Source of the DNA: Kudoa neothunni
Taxonomy: Eukaryota; Animalia; Cnidaria
Assembly: GCA_964304625.1 (NCBI GenBank)
Contig: OZ199839.1
Location: 10,775,186 to 10,839,185, forward strand
DNA length: 64,000 bases
Reading direction: 5' to 3'
Below, piece after piece: positions 42,437 to 54,596 of the stretch. The number at the start of each line of letters is the position of its first letter. Positions within the stretch are counted from its first letter, which is position 1. The notes beneath the pieces were generated by a model, which saw nothing but the letters and a program-made list of their open reading frames with translations, ran no database searches and was not told the DNA's origin. The position numbers and the translations under genes were made by a program.

Positions 42437-43074
42437 CTATTCATTTGGGATATCCAAGATCTCATTATCTGTATTTTCACTTGACGATGGTTGCACTTGG
42501 GGTGACTGTGGTGGTGCAGGATTTAATACGTTTATTTGGTCACAAATTCGTTGTTCCTATTTGATTATTGATTATAGATTATAGATTTCAATACAATAAT
42601 TTCCTCAGAAAATCATTACTATAGGTGAGGTGAGTGATGAGAGTGAAAATATTCTGTCTTTTTCTTGCAAAGCATTTCTCAGAATTGAAACATCTTGACT
42701 AAAAAATATCAAACAATGTAAATTAAATTAGAAGCAAACCAACTGAATACCTGGTATTGTTGAATATATCTTCAATTTCCATGGTGGTGTCTTTGAACAG
42801 CATTGACTCCTGAAGATATACCGTCTCCAGCGCGTAAATTTGATGCTCTAATTCTTGCAGCGATTTCTATGATATCAGTGAGTTAATTCTTTGTATTGTT
42901 TTAACATAAACTGCAACTGAAACATTTCGTTCAGCTTTCATGATAAAATATTCAACCATAATCACTCACTTCACAATGTTTGCGTTCTTTAAGTAGTTTA
43001 TCCAGAGTTTCTATATTTGGTGATGCATATAAAAATTTCTTATCACGCCTGTTGTTACTAGATTGTGATTTCAT
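42437..43074 (-). CDS. MEAF6: NuA4/HBO1 acetyltransferase complex subunit Eaf6 (absent from the ORF track)
   Basis: Four short exons: ..LDKLLKERKHCE|KSLQELEHQIYALETVYLQES ... EKDRIFSLSSLTSP, matching Eaf6 motifs LE.QIY..E..YL and DR.FS.SS.TS. Stop TAG at 42437-42439. Confidence 0.85.
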
Positions 43075-45196
43075 TTGTTACAAAACGAATTAATCAATTT
43101 CCTAGAGAGTCCTTTTTTAACTTCGGCTCCTTTCGGAAATAGCCGACATAAATTTTTGTCATTATTTTAGTGTAATTTAAATTTATTATAAACATCGGAT
43201 ATATGTTTATAGATAGAAATAAATTGAAGAGTTTGAATTTGGTTTTTTACTGGTCTTTGTATATCATAAAATGAATATGAATTATACTTAAGAAAGTAGA
43301 AATTAGAATTATGACATGTTTTAACCCAATAGATATTTTTTGTAATCCGAATTAAGTTATTTAAAATTGTGGAAATCGTTAACTGGATTATATTAGCGTG
43401 GAATTATAAACTGACAAATATATTATTTTGTAATTTTCGCATTTGCGCGGGAGAGAATGTAACAGAATTTACTTTTGTTGGAAATTTCCGCGTCGTTCGA
43501 CACGGTTAAATTGTTGAGATATATGAATAATTAATTTATGTATTTTTTATTGCGTTACATTTAATGGGAACATTGTTTTTCGCAGTTTCTGATAAATTTA
43601 TGAGTAGTTTTTATTTAGTAAAAAATAAAAAATATAAAATTGATTATAAATAATTTCAGGTATTGGATTAAAATATGGAGAACAAAAAATAACATGACAT
43701 AACTGTTATGATCCAAAATTACATTTTTTATTATGTCCCTATATTGTCACATCCAAACAGTGGAACGTGCTGACATCCTTAATAAAATATTAAATATTAA
43801 TTATTAGATTGGTATCGTTATTCTATATAATACGACCAGTTTAACTTATATTTACTAATACAGTCATTATCACCTTAATTCAATTATATTATTCATTATT
43901 ATATTGGTTTTGATTCTTGCGCGACACTAAAAATAACATTATTTAATCAACACTGATAATAAATGGCAACAATACAAGACTTACGAAACCACATTTACCT
44001 AATAATTTTAATTAAAATTCAGTTAAATTAAACAATGATATAAAATTTAATGGAATATAATAAAAAATATTTTCTGTAATTAAATGTTATAATAAATAAA
44101 ATTAAAATTCAAGTGATAAAAATCATGTATATTTTTGTTTGGATTTATTAATCATTGTTTTATTACCTTCGTTGTCGCCTCAAAAATTAAATTCGAAATC
44201 CACTTTATCATATTTAGGGTATGCTAGCCTGGTTTGAGCTTTGAAACGTTATATTAGGTTGTAAAATCATAAATAGAAATTAAAATTGATATTGAAAATG
44301 AAATAATTTGAAACCGTTGTGTAAACAAACATAGAGGTCATACTTTCTTTATAGTTAGAGCTATAGCTATAGCTACAGCTAGAAGTGTGGATTTTGCACT
44401 ACAATGACCTCGGATTGAACCAAAGTAGTTTGCTCATACAAACATCATTGATAGGGTCCCAATTAAGAACCAAATTAATTGTAACATTCCAGACAACTAT
44501 ATATATCCAGGTATGTAGACATTCCCTATGTTTCTCCTACATTTTTGCTTTAAAGCTCATCAAATATAGGCTTTCTCGTGGTTATTCTAGCTTACTTGGA
44601 CAAAATAAATAATCGTATATTTTTCTGCATTCATGATTCCAAATTACTTTGAATCAAGTAATAATGCACTTTGAGGATTTACTTTAATAGTAAACGTTTA
44701 ACACATCCTTTTGAGTTAATTTTATTATAAAAGTTTATTTTTTAAAGAGGTGACTATCACCTTTATCGAATTAAAAATACAAAAATTATTGTATAAAATC
44801 GTCCTTGATTAATCGGATGAATCGATCACTATAAATAAAACTATTTAATTCTGTTTTTAATTCTTTGCTGTCTAAAAATAACAGAAAAACTAAGTGATTA
44901 TTCTTACGAAACGCACTATTCAGGCAAGGTTGGTTATAATTATATTTAATTATTCGTAATCTTCAAGAGTGTGAAAGTATTTCAGAATAATGTAAAATAA
45001 TTTAGCGTAATTTATTATTAAAATTCATCAATGTATATCGACTATAAAATAAGATATGTAAACATTTAAAATACCATGCGCGCGCACGACATTTTAGCTT
45101 TAATTTTCCATGGGTGAATTGTCGCAGCCTATTAATATAGTAGATTAATTTATAAATTTGACGAATTTATTTAGTTCCCAGTTTACCTCTGTTAAT

Positions 45197-46500
45197 ATAC
45201 AGTCGTGTCTCGATATTGCGTAATATTTTGGGACCGGGGAAAAATTACGCAATATTGAGTCAACTGCGCATGCATAATAACTTCGAATTTAACATTTATT
45301 GCAAAATTACTCATATACTTTATATTTTTATTTATTAATTGATAATTTCGTGTAAGGCATTTTTAACATGATGTACACAGAATAATTCAATAGGATTCTC
45401 AATGACACGTTTTTCGAAGATTTATAGGATTTTATACTTGAAATGTTGTAACGATTTCATCGTTGTGTATTAGAGCAGGATCTTTACTCCAAAAAGTAAA
45501 TTTATCTTGATTCTTTTAATTTTAATTTAAATGTAAAATTTCACTTTCTTCCAACAAAATAATATCATTACACATTATTATCTATACATATGAATATTAA
45601 AATTTTTCTTTTAATTACTTTATAATGTTATTTCATCATCACATTACTTTAAAGTTTTCTCTTAATAATTTTTCAATAAAAATGAATAAAAAATCAATTA
45701 TTTTTGTTTGAAAATAGATGGCTTATTAACTTAATTACTAATTTTTTAACCGTAGCCATTCTCACGTATTAAAGCGATCAAATACGACATATTTAAAAAT
45801 TTTTTAGTGCTTCCCTCCGAAAGCACATTTACGCACAATATTTTACTCTAATTGGCTTTTAAGCGGTGAATTATTCCCAGATATATTGGTTGCACCACAC
45901 ACGCAGTGTTTTTGATAGAAGTAGGAGCTGGATGTTTTTGAAATAACAGATCGATTAAGGACAATATGAGCACTGTTATAATAAAATAAAAACCTTCCTG
46001 TTATCTTGAATGAACCCCTGGTTCATATCTTGGTGGATCTGATAAACATAGATAAATATAATCACACATTCATTTGCGAATGGCACCAAACTGAAAACTC
46101 GTTCAATCCCCTAATACAACGATTTTTTATGAAATTTGAATATTATGTGTAATTTAAACTTTTAATCGGTCATTATAGAAATGATAAACATCGTAGCACG
46201 CTTTTGAATTGTTTTACACCCTTACATTGTGATAATTCTTAATAATGGACGTACGCTGTATAAGCTGTTCATAAAAATTAGCCATCTTGACAATATCTTG
46301 TGAAAATTTCTGATCCATAGATAAATATATTTATAATCAGCGCTCTCTTTCTCACTGCGATTTGAATTTGTCAGACTGCAAAGCCTTCCGCAATTATTAA
46401 ACTAACCTACGGTTCCACTAAAATATTTTATTCAAATATCTTTGGCAATAATACAAGATTTTTCGATAATTAAAAAAGTTAGATAGGTTTTTTCTCGCAT
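45197..46500 (-). mobile_element. Decayed pogo/Tigger-like transposon
   Basis: TA followed by CAGTCGTGTCTCG, a pogo-like terminus, at about 45197. Minus-strand remnants RKVFILL*QCS and NTACVVQPIYLGII..LKA resemble DDE_1 motifs LLLDN..H and NTT..LQP.D.GII..LK. The far boundary is uncertain. Confidence 0.6.
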
Positions 46501-47754
46501 TGAAACTACTCCATTGTAGAAATTATTTTAATATCTTTATATTTTCGGGCTTAAAATATTTAAAAAATATGTTAGTGAAATTTTTTGGAGATAGAGAAGA
46601 ACTAATTTTAGGAATTAACGTAAAATTCCGGTTCAAAAAACGATTTTTTAGTAGTGGAGTTTTTCCCCTTTTACTGTCCAAGTGGGCTCGTGGAGCCCAC
46701 AGGTATCTTTTATGGGTTAAAATAGCAGATCCTTTATTTTTAATTGGATATAAATATTTATTGTAGGATTTAAATATTTATCATTAAAACACAATATTAT
46801 GTATATTATTTAATTATTTGTAACTCAAATTCCAGAAAAAACAATAATTCTAATTTAATTGCGCTTTACTAATTATTTTTTCAATAAATTATCAAAATTT
46901 GTTATAATTTTAGTTGTATGAAATATAAATTAATATTTTTGTTCGACTTATTAATTTTAATTTTGTGATTAGTTAATAAATTATTTATTGAGTAATCATA
47001 ATAAGTATAAAATGGTTTTTATTGCTGTGATGACTAATATATTTATAGAATTTTATAGAGGTTTAAAAATTAAACATTGGGAGAATTGTTTATTTAGTAG
47101 AAACGATCATTAAATGAACATTTCAAGCGAAATAATACAACTGACGCAGTGAGATAATAATTTGCAGCATTCAAGATTATGACTTTTGAAAATATAAAAT
47201 TTAAATGATTTTTCATCACCAAAAATAAGCTTCTGCATTTTTCATGAGATAGAAATACCTACGTCTAATTAAATCATATTCAAAATAGTACTATCACACA
47301 CACTTTTTTAATATAATACAGCGTACACATCATTGGATATAAAATTGAGTGTATCCTATTATCCTATTGTGAGCATGTACAAGTTTTTTATAAGTTGAAT
47401 GTTATAATTATTTGAATGTAAAAGCAAAAACTTGTATAACTGGTAATTTTAGTTTCCTTTATATTTCTTGTAATAATTAAATTAACAATTTTTAATATTT
47501 GATGATTAGAAAGAAGGTTAAATTGCAGAATAGTAGCTGTAATCCAAATCAGCGACAACGGACAAATACGAACCTGTTGAATATTTTATTACTGAGTATT
47601 TATCAATTTCGCATCTCCAATAGGGCAACTTTGACAACAGCTATTTGTCGTCACAATAATAGTTGATGTTATCTATTAATTGTTACACTTCTAGCTCCTC
47701 GCGATTATTTCAACAGATTGTACCGCTAATTAAGCCGGTTCGAGTAAAGCTTGC

Positions 47755-47784
47755 TTTATTTATTTATTTATTTATTTATTTATT
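47755..47784. repeat. (TTTA)n microsatellite
   Basis: Direct reading. Confidence 0.9.
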
Positions 47785-48301
47785 TTAAAATTGAAGTTGG
47801 AAAACTCTGATTTTGATGGATTATCACAATCTGTCCTTAATGATTATCTATAGTTAAATCTATGTCCAAAATAAAAATAAATTTGTATTTTATGCGAGTA
47901 TTAGCTAATTAATTGTAGTAAATGCACAATGGTGATATCGAAAATAATTTGTTATAATTAATTCAGTCATTCCCATCATTAAATTCTCAATCAATATCAT
48001 ATTAATTTAATTTAAAATATGTAGGATTAATGTACAAACTAATTATAATCTTTAAACAGAAAATGCGGCTACTATTCTACATTTTAAGCTATTTTATAAA
48101 TGAAAAATTGTTTTTCTTATTACATATTAATTTCAAATTTTAATCATGAGTATTGCCTCAGACATAATAAAAAAGGAATTTTTCGGATGATCTTTCGTTA
48201 TTTAGTAGAAAATTAATTTTCTTCAATTAAGGAGTATTTTTATTACAAAAAAATAAATATCAAATTTTTTGTTTTAATGATGTCAATAAAATTCCCGCAA
48301 A

Positions 48302-49564
48302 TATGAATATATAATGGATGCGCTAAAATATTTTTATGTTTGAATTCGGATTTTAAATCGTTCTGGTTGGTCGTCGTCCTTATCACATCGGAACAGCAGA
48401 GCATGTTCGGGAGGTTATTTAAAAGGAAAAGTTAGAATCATTCAAGGTCAAACTCAACTTTAATATGAATTGATTTAGATTCCAAAAGATCAGTATGCGG
48501 ATTGATCGAAAAAAGGGAACAGAGTTTGGCTCAGGTATACGTAAATTTGAGTTCATTCTCAAACGTTTTCTGTTTAGTCGATAGTCTTGTCGTTGAGTCT
48601 AGTTTTGGTATTCATCGCATTCATATTGATGATGCTATCGCTACTGTCTCAGACTTTTGTCAAAGTTAAGTTATACAATATTAGTTATTATACTGGTATA
48701 ATTGCCGGATGCCTCGCATTCAAAGATGGCATTTTTGTACTTTGCGGGTACGAATACCAACTCATTGCGGATTTTAATGGGAAAAATAGTACTTTTCAAA
48801 TTAAAACTTTATTTTTAATTATTCTAATTGTTTGATTTAAGGTTTACTTGATCCTAAAACTATAGATGGTATTATTGAATCGGTTGAAAGTTAAAAAAAT
48901 AGTTTTTTGCGTAAAAATGTAGAATATGATAAAATTGCAGGCGATTATAATTGTGAAAGTGAAAATTTAATGTGTGTTGGTGCAGCCATGTGGGAGTTCC
49001 CTATATCAAATAGTATTTAGTTGTGTTTTTCACAGCGACATTAAGATAATATTTTCTTTCTAATTAGTCAGGGTTTGGAATAATTTTATATTTATTCCAC
49101 GAAACACGTATTTGAGTACATATTATTTGAATGAATGTGCTCCATGATATTTAGTGTCCAAATGCTCGAAAATCACAAAGGCTCTTGGCAGTAGCATAGT
49201 GGTTTCGCTTGTATTAATGATGCTTCCATATGCTCTCATATTACTTTCCTATTGTAAACCAAGATTCACCAGGAGGCTGATTCTGAGCTCTCAACTTTGT
49301 TGGATAATTTCGTGTAAGGCGGTGGTGTGCATGCACAATGAAAGAATTTCTGACCTTATTTATTTAGGGGGTCTCCAATGCTTTAATACACTAATGCTAT
49401 TGATGGTGTTGTTTTTTGGTTACAAACGAGAAATAAATTGTTCTATCGGTCCATCCTACTATATTATGTGGTGCTCAAATATTTTGTTCTACGCTGGATT
49501 GGGTCTTTTCGACAAATACCTACAAATGGGTCCATTGACGACTTACATACTCAACAAAAAATAA
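48302..49564 (+). CDS. Multipass membrane protein(s), claudin/PMP22-like
   Basis: Several hydrophobic exons; MWEFPISN|RFGIILY (degenerate W..GLW) and CSIGPSYYIMW (compare claudin-family G.S.YL.W) before the final TM. The start and the one-versus-two-gene status are uncertain. Confidence 0.5.
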
Positions 49565-49860
49565 ATTAGTTGTTATCTAGAAATTTATGATTGAAAATTT
49601 TATCGTGATATTGTTTTTATCCGACTCCTTGTTTGTTAAAGTGATCTAATTATACATCAATTATTATTCTTTGATATGTTGGTTTATTTGTTCCTTAGCT
49701 AACATATTTTTGATGCATTCTATTAGAATATTGGTATCCATAATAACAATCAGAATTTTGTTAGTTGAATAGAAATACGTTCATAACAACGTTTTGTTTT
49801 TATATAATTGTTTGGTAGCTTTTTTGAAACATCAACCTCTTAAAAATTTCAATATAAAAA

Positions 49861-52800
49861 ATGAATCACAGGAAATCAACTTCAATGAATTTTATCAACT
49901 CATTTTTTACTAAAGAAAAACCAAAATTAGTGTCGCCGGAAGGTGAATATGACCAACTTATTAAAGAATGTCTTGAACTTTACACTGACGGAAAATACAG
50001 TAGTTGTATAGTTGCAAATTAATTATAAGTCCATTTTGAATGAACAGGTTTTGAGAAAATAGCCCAAGCCTGTAAAAAATCCATAAGTTCACCTCAAAGA
50101 AAAATAAATATCGCCATATTTGGATCTCATTCTTCTGGAAAAAGTTCTTTTATAAATTGGTAGATCAAGAATATCGTCATTTTAAAATTGATATTTATAT
50201 CAAAATAGGTTTTTAGACGAAGATATTCAAACTACAGGCGTTGCACTCGAAACCGATACTATTACTGTAATTACAAATGGAAGTACTAGATGTACACTGG
50301 ACGTAATTTCGGTTTGTGAACCTCACTTGAATAACATGACCCTATTTAGTGCTATTCAACTTACAAATTATTTCCTCGTTTGAAAATTATTAAGGGTAGC
50401 GTAGTCTTATTTCTCTAATGGAATCTCAATTATCAAATTATAGATATTTGTGGAGAGATCAAAACTGAGGTGGTCCCTCTGAAAACAAAACCACTTGATC
50501 GCATCAATTTTATCGACTCACCTGGTCTTCATGATATTTCCAACAAATATAAGTTCGATATCGATGAAACTATTATTCAACTAGGTAATTTGTTATTTGA
50601 AAAATATTTGGAACAATCTTTGTAGCTGCCGAAGTTGATATTATTTTATTTTTCGTGGATCCTCTCACTCAAATGCTCTCCTCGAGGGTCCAATGGATCC
50701 TAGGTACACAAATCCAGGTCTACAATACTGCTAAACAAATTTAGAGCATCTTATCAATAAGCATTATTTTAAACTAAAGATTTGTGTCACTAAAATTGAT
50801 ACTGTCCAACTGGATGAAGATCTCCAAAAAATTATCTCTCAAATATCGCAAAGCTTTACGTCATCAACTCTTATTGAAGACAAAAACCTTAAAATAAAAC
50901 AAATTTATCTTCCAAACCATAACTCATCACCTCTTTTATCTAACGAAGGTAACTATAAATTCCCTGATTTAAAAAATAAAAATTTGCTCAATCCTAATAT
51001 GTTCAGATTTATTCCTCTATTTTTATTCTTTAAAAATTAGTGATTCAAATTTTTCCATCTATTAAGATTTTAATAAAATGTTGATAACGTATTTTGAGTA
51101 TTACTGGAACATTCATAACCCTTTAATGTACTAAAAATCGACTGCATCCCGATGAATTTTTAGGGTGAAAACTTGCCTCAGATTTTTATTTCTCCATTCG
51201 AACCACAAAAGATATTTCATTTCAGAAAATAAAGATATGCAAAATCCCAAAGATAGATTTAGCTGTAAAACAACTAACATCCCGAGTAGTTATCCTCATA
51301 ATCCTACGAAAACTTTATTCATTAAAATCCGCAATGAAAATTTTTGATTATGGCTTAATGTTTGAGTAGATTTCACATTTATATCAGTTAATAAATATTT
51401 TAATTATTAGTTGAGAAACAAAATAGAATATTTAATGAGAATAAGATTCGCAAACACTCAGAATGAATTTTGCGACAGTTTCGTACATATGAAACAAGCA
51501 ATAGCGGGTTTCTTATCAATTTTCCGTAATAACATTCAAACCTCGAAAATGTTGTTCGTTTATTGGGTGTGCTGAGTTAGAGTAGAATAGATAGGTTGAG
51601 CTCTTAGGATTTTAGGCTTCAAGGATGTTTCTTTCCATTAAACATTCAAGGAAAGATATAGTAACTTTGCCATATTTTAAAAAACTTCCTCATAATTATA
51701 TTGTCTCACAATTTTTTTTGTAAATCAAACATGAATTTGTATATAATAAATCCATTAAATGGAAAAATATCACCATAGGCCGTCATTGTTGATTGTGGAT
51801 TGACCCGAATTCTCAAAGTTTTCAATCTCGTCAGATTCTTACAGCATATCAATTTTAAAGAAATTTTATTCATTATTTTATTATTATTGGTGAAATCCAT
51901 CTCAATTATCGCAATGTTAAAATAAAAAAAGGAAGTCACGTGACAGTCAACATTGGTAATCACCGTGTAACTTCAAATTCAGCCATCAGATAAACCTAAA
52001 ATTTAATTTTTACAATAATTATTATTTTATCTATCAATTGAAGTGGAAAAAATATGAGGTAATTTTTTACCCCAAAAATTCATTTGAGTGTAAACGTTTT
52101 ATATCTTTTCTGATTTTCTATCTTTAGTCACAATATTTTAAAATAATATAGTGCTAACTTTTTTGGATGATTAGAAAAAAAATTGTATCCAATGAAGAGC
52201 AAACATATCACATCTACATCCATTAACTTCTCATCGGGATAAAAATTTACCTCAAATTCATTAGAGCGTTAAGTTAATTATTTTGTTCAGAAATAATTAA
52301 AATAATTGTTTGTAAAAGTTCTTAATCTAAAAATTTTAATTTAATTATGTTTATTTCATAATCCCGAGTTGATTGCTTTAAACCAGTTGCATATCTTACT
52401 GTTTCTAATGACTGATTCACGAATAATCAAAAATTTTAAACAACCATCAAAAGTCATCTCACAAGTTCACTGATTTATTCTAAGATTGAAACTAATATAG
52501 AAAGATAAAATGAGTTAAATAACTTGTAGTCTTTTTATTAAATTTAAAAAGAAAGATATAAAGTTTTATACAAAAATTCGTTGACTTTTTAATAAGGATA
52601 ATTTCATTACTGGGTATCTAATCAAGAATCATGTCATCTATAGTCCATTTTAATCTAACTCCATTTAATTAACTAAAAATAGAAATTTTAACAATTTCTT
52701 AATTCCTTATAGAAATCACATTTGGTAACACATTTAAATTTTAACCAATTAATAGTCTAGATAAAATGCAGCCCAAAACAAAAATGGTTTCTAATATTAA

Positions 52801-54291
52801 TAATGTTAATAAAAATTTGTTGTTTGTAATGGTGATTTATTCGATCTATTTTAATTTATAAGAAAATTTAACAAACATGTAATCACTTCAGTGCTTGAAC
52901 ACAACCGAAATTGAGGTGACTGTGTAAAAATTTCAATAGCTTCTTTAAAATAAATGTCTTAAATTACAGTTAAATAATCATAAAATTAATTTATTAACTT
53001 AACCTAAATAATTTATTTATGTTAAGTAAATATATAGATAAAAAATATATTTTTACGCTAATTTGTATGCTCACACATTATTTTTAATATGCATGAGCGC
53101 CAAGATGGATTAAATGCAACGATTTATCTCTTTCAAAATTTCACATTTAAACATAAATTAATATATTACATAAATATATATCCTGATAATTGTAATTTTA
53201 TTGTTGGTAAGAAAATATAGAAAAATTTCATATGTTAATTTTATAAAACTATCAATTTTTTCGTAAAATAAGCTAATTATGTTCTTAATAAAATGATTTT
53301 CACATTTATAAATAAAATTAAGTTTTTGCGAAAATATAGCAATTTATATTAAGGGAAATTATTTCTTTGGTTCAGAATCGCGATAATTTTAAAAATATTA
53401 AAGTTCATCTTAAAAATTGAAGAAATTATCTAAAAAAGTAAATGTAATTTGTTGTCGAATTCTAAGGTTGCTTTTATAAAATTTAAATAAAACTTGGGAA
53501 CAGTAGAGCTAAAAAATAATTGATAACTAATTTTAACTCATTAAACTGATTCTAAATAGAAGTGGATTCAAAGGGCAAACAGAATAACCTAATGGAACTT
53601 GTCGATGAAATCAACTATAGAATTCAAAACCACTCCTATGCTGCGTTTAGCCGTTGTATATTGGATCGTGAAATGCTAGCTACTAAAGCGTCCAAACTAC
53701 TGCCAATATACAAGTAAGAAAACTTGTTACACTCCCTGTGATTTATGTTGAACAGAAAAGAAAACAAATTATACAAGAAAATTCTTTACAGAAATATTTT
53801 TTTAATGATGACAATGTTTTCTCTCTTACTATTTATGCTAGTTGGTGCTCTTTTTGATTTCCTGCAGCTAACTGAGAATACTAAGAAGTGTGAACGTTTA
53901 AAAAGATATTTCCAATTGCCAGTGGTATTCAGTCTTAATGTGGAATCATGTGACACGTCTAAATATTTTAGTGTAACTTTTTTGTTTCCACCAAGCAATA
54001 TGCGCTGCATAATACTGGCGTAATTATTCTCTTTGCTTTCCTAGTCCTAGCAACTTGCTTATACTCCATTTCTCCACTACCAAAGTATTGAGGATATGCA
54101 ATCCCATATAAAGAATAATATTAATGATAGATCGAGACCATTAAATGCCGATATCAAGTATTTAGAAAGATCATTGAATCACTTAAAAGCGCCAGTTGTT
54201 CAAAAACAAGTAGCTCTAGTGTTGTTACGATATAACGTATTTATTTAAGGATGATATTTTTAAAAAATACATTTCGAAGAAGGTGAAATGA
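49861..54291 (+). CDS. Dynamin/EHD-superfamily P-loop GTPase with C-terminal membrane segments
   Basis: G1 GSHSSGKSSFINW, G2 region QTTGVALET, G3 FIDSPGL, G4 TKID. The phase-1 donor at 50949 joins a phase-compatible acceptor at 53559 (NE|EVDSKGKQNNLMELVDEI), followed by hydrophobic helices and a likely end ..DDIFKKYISKKVK*. Confidence 0.75.
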
Positions 54292-54596
54292 AAAAATAGG
54301 CTCATCCTTTGCATTTCAAATGTTGTGTAACCAATGGCTGACTATGATTATACTATTCTGGTATTATTAAATTTATTAGTTTTCCTACTCTTCTAGTATA
54401 TGTTTCAATAAAATGTTTTTATTCTATCGTAAAATATTTCCAGAAAAATCTATATTTTAAAATTTAACGTAAACATTAGTAATCGATTCTGTATAATATA
54501 TTATGTACAATAAATTGGATCTAAAAAATAATATTAAATACAAGTAAGGATTAAACATATTACTCATGATTCTTATAAAAATGTACCAATAGATTC

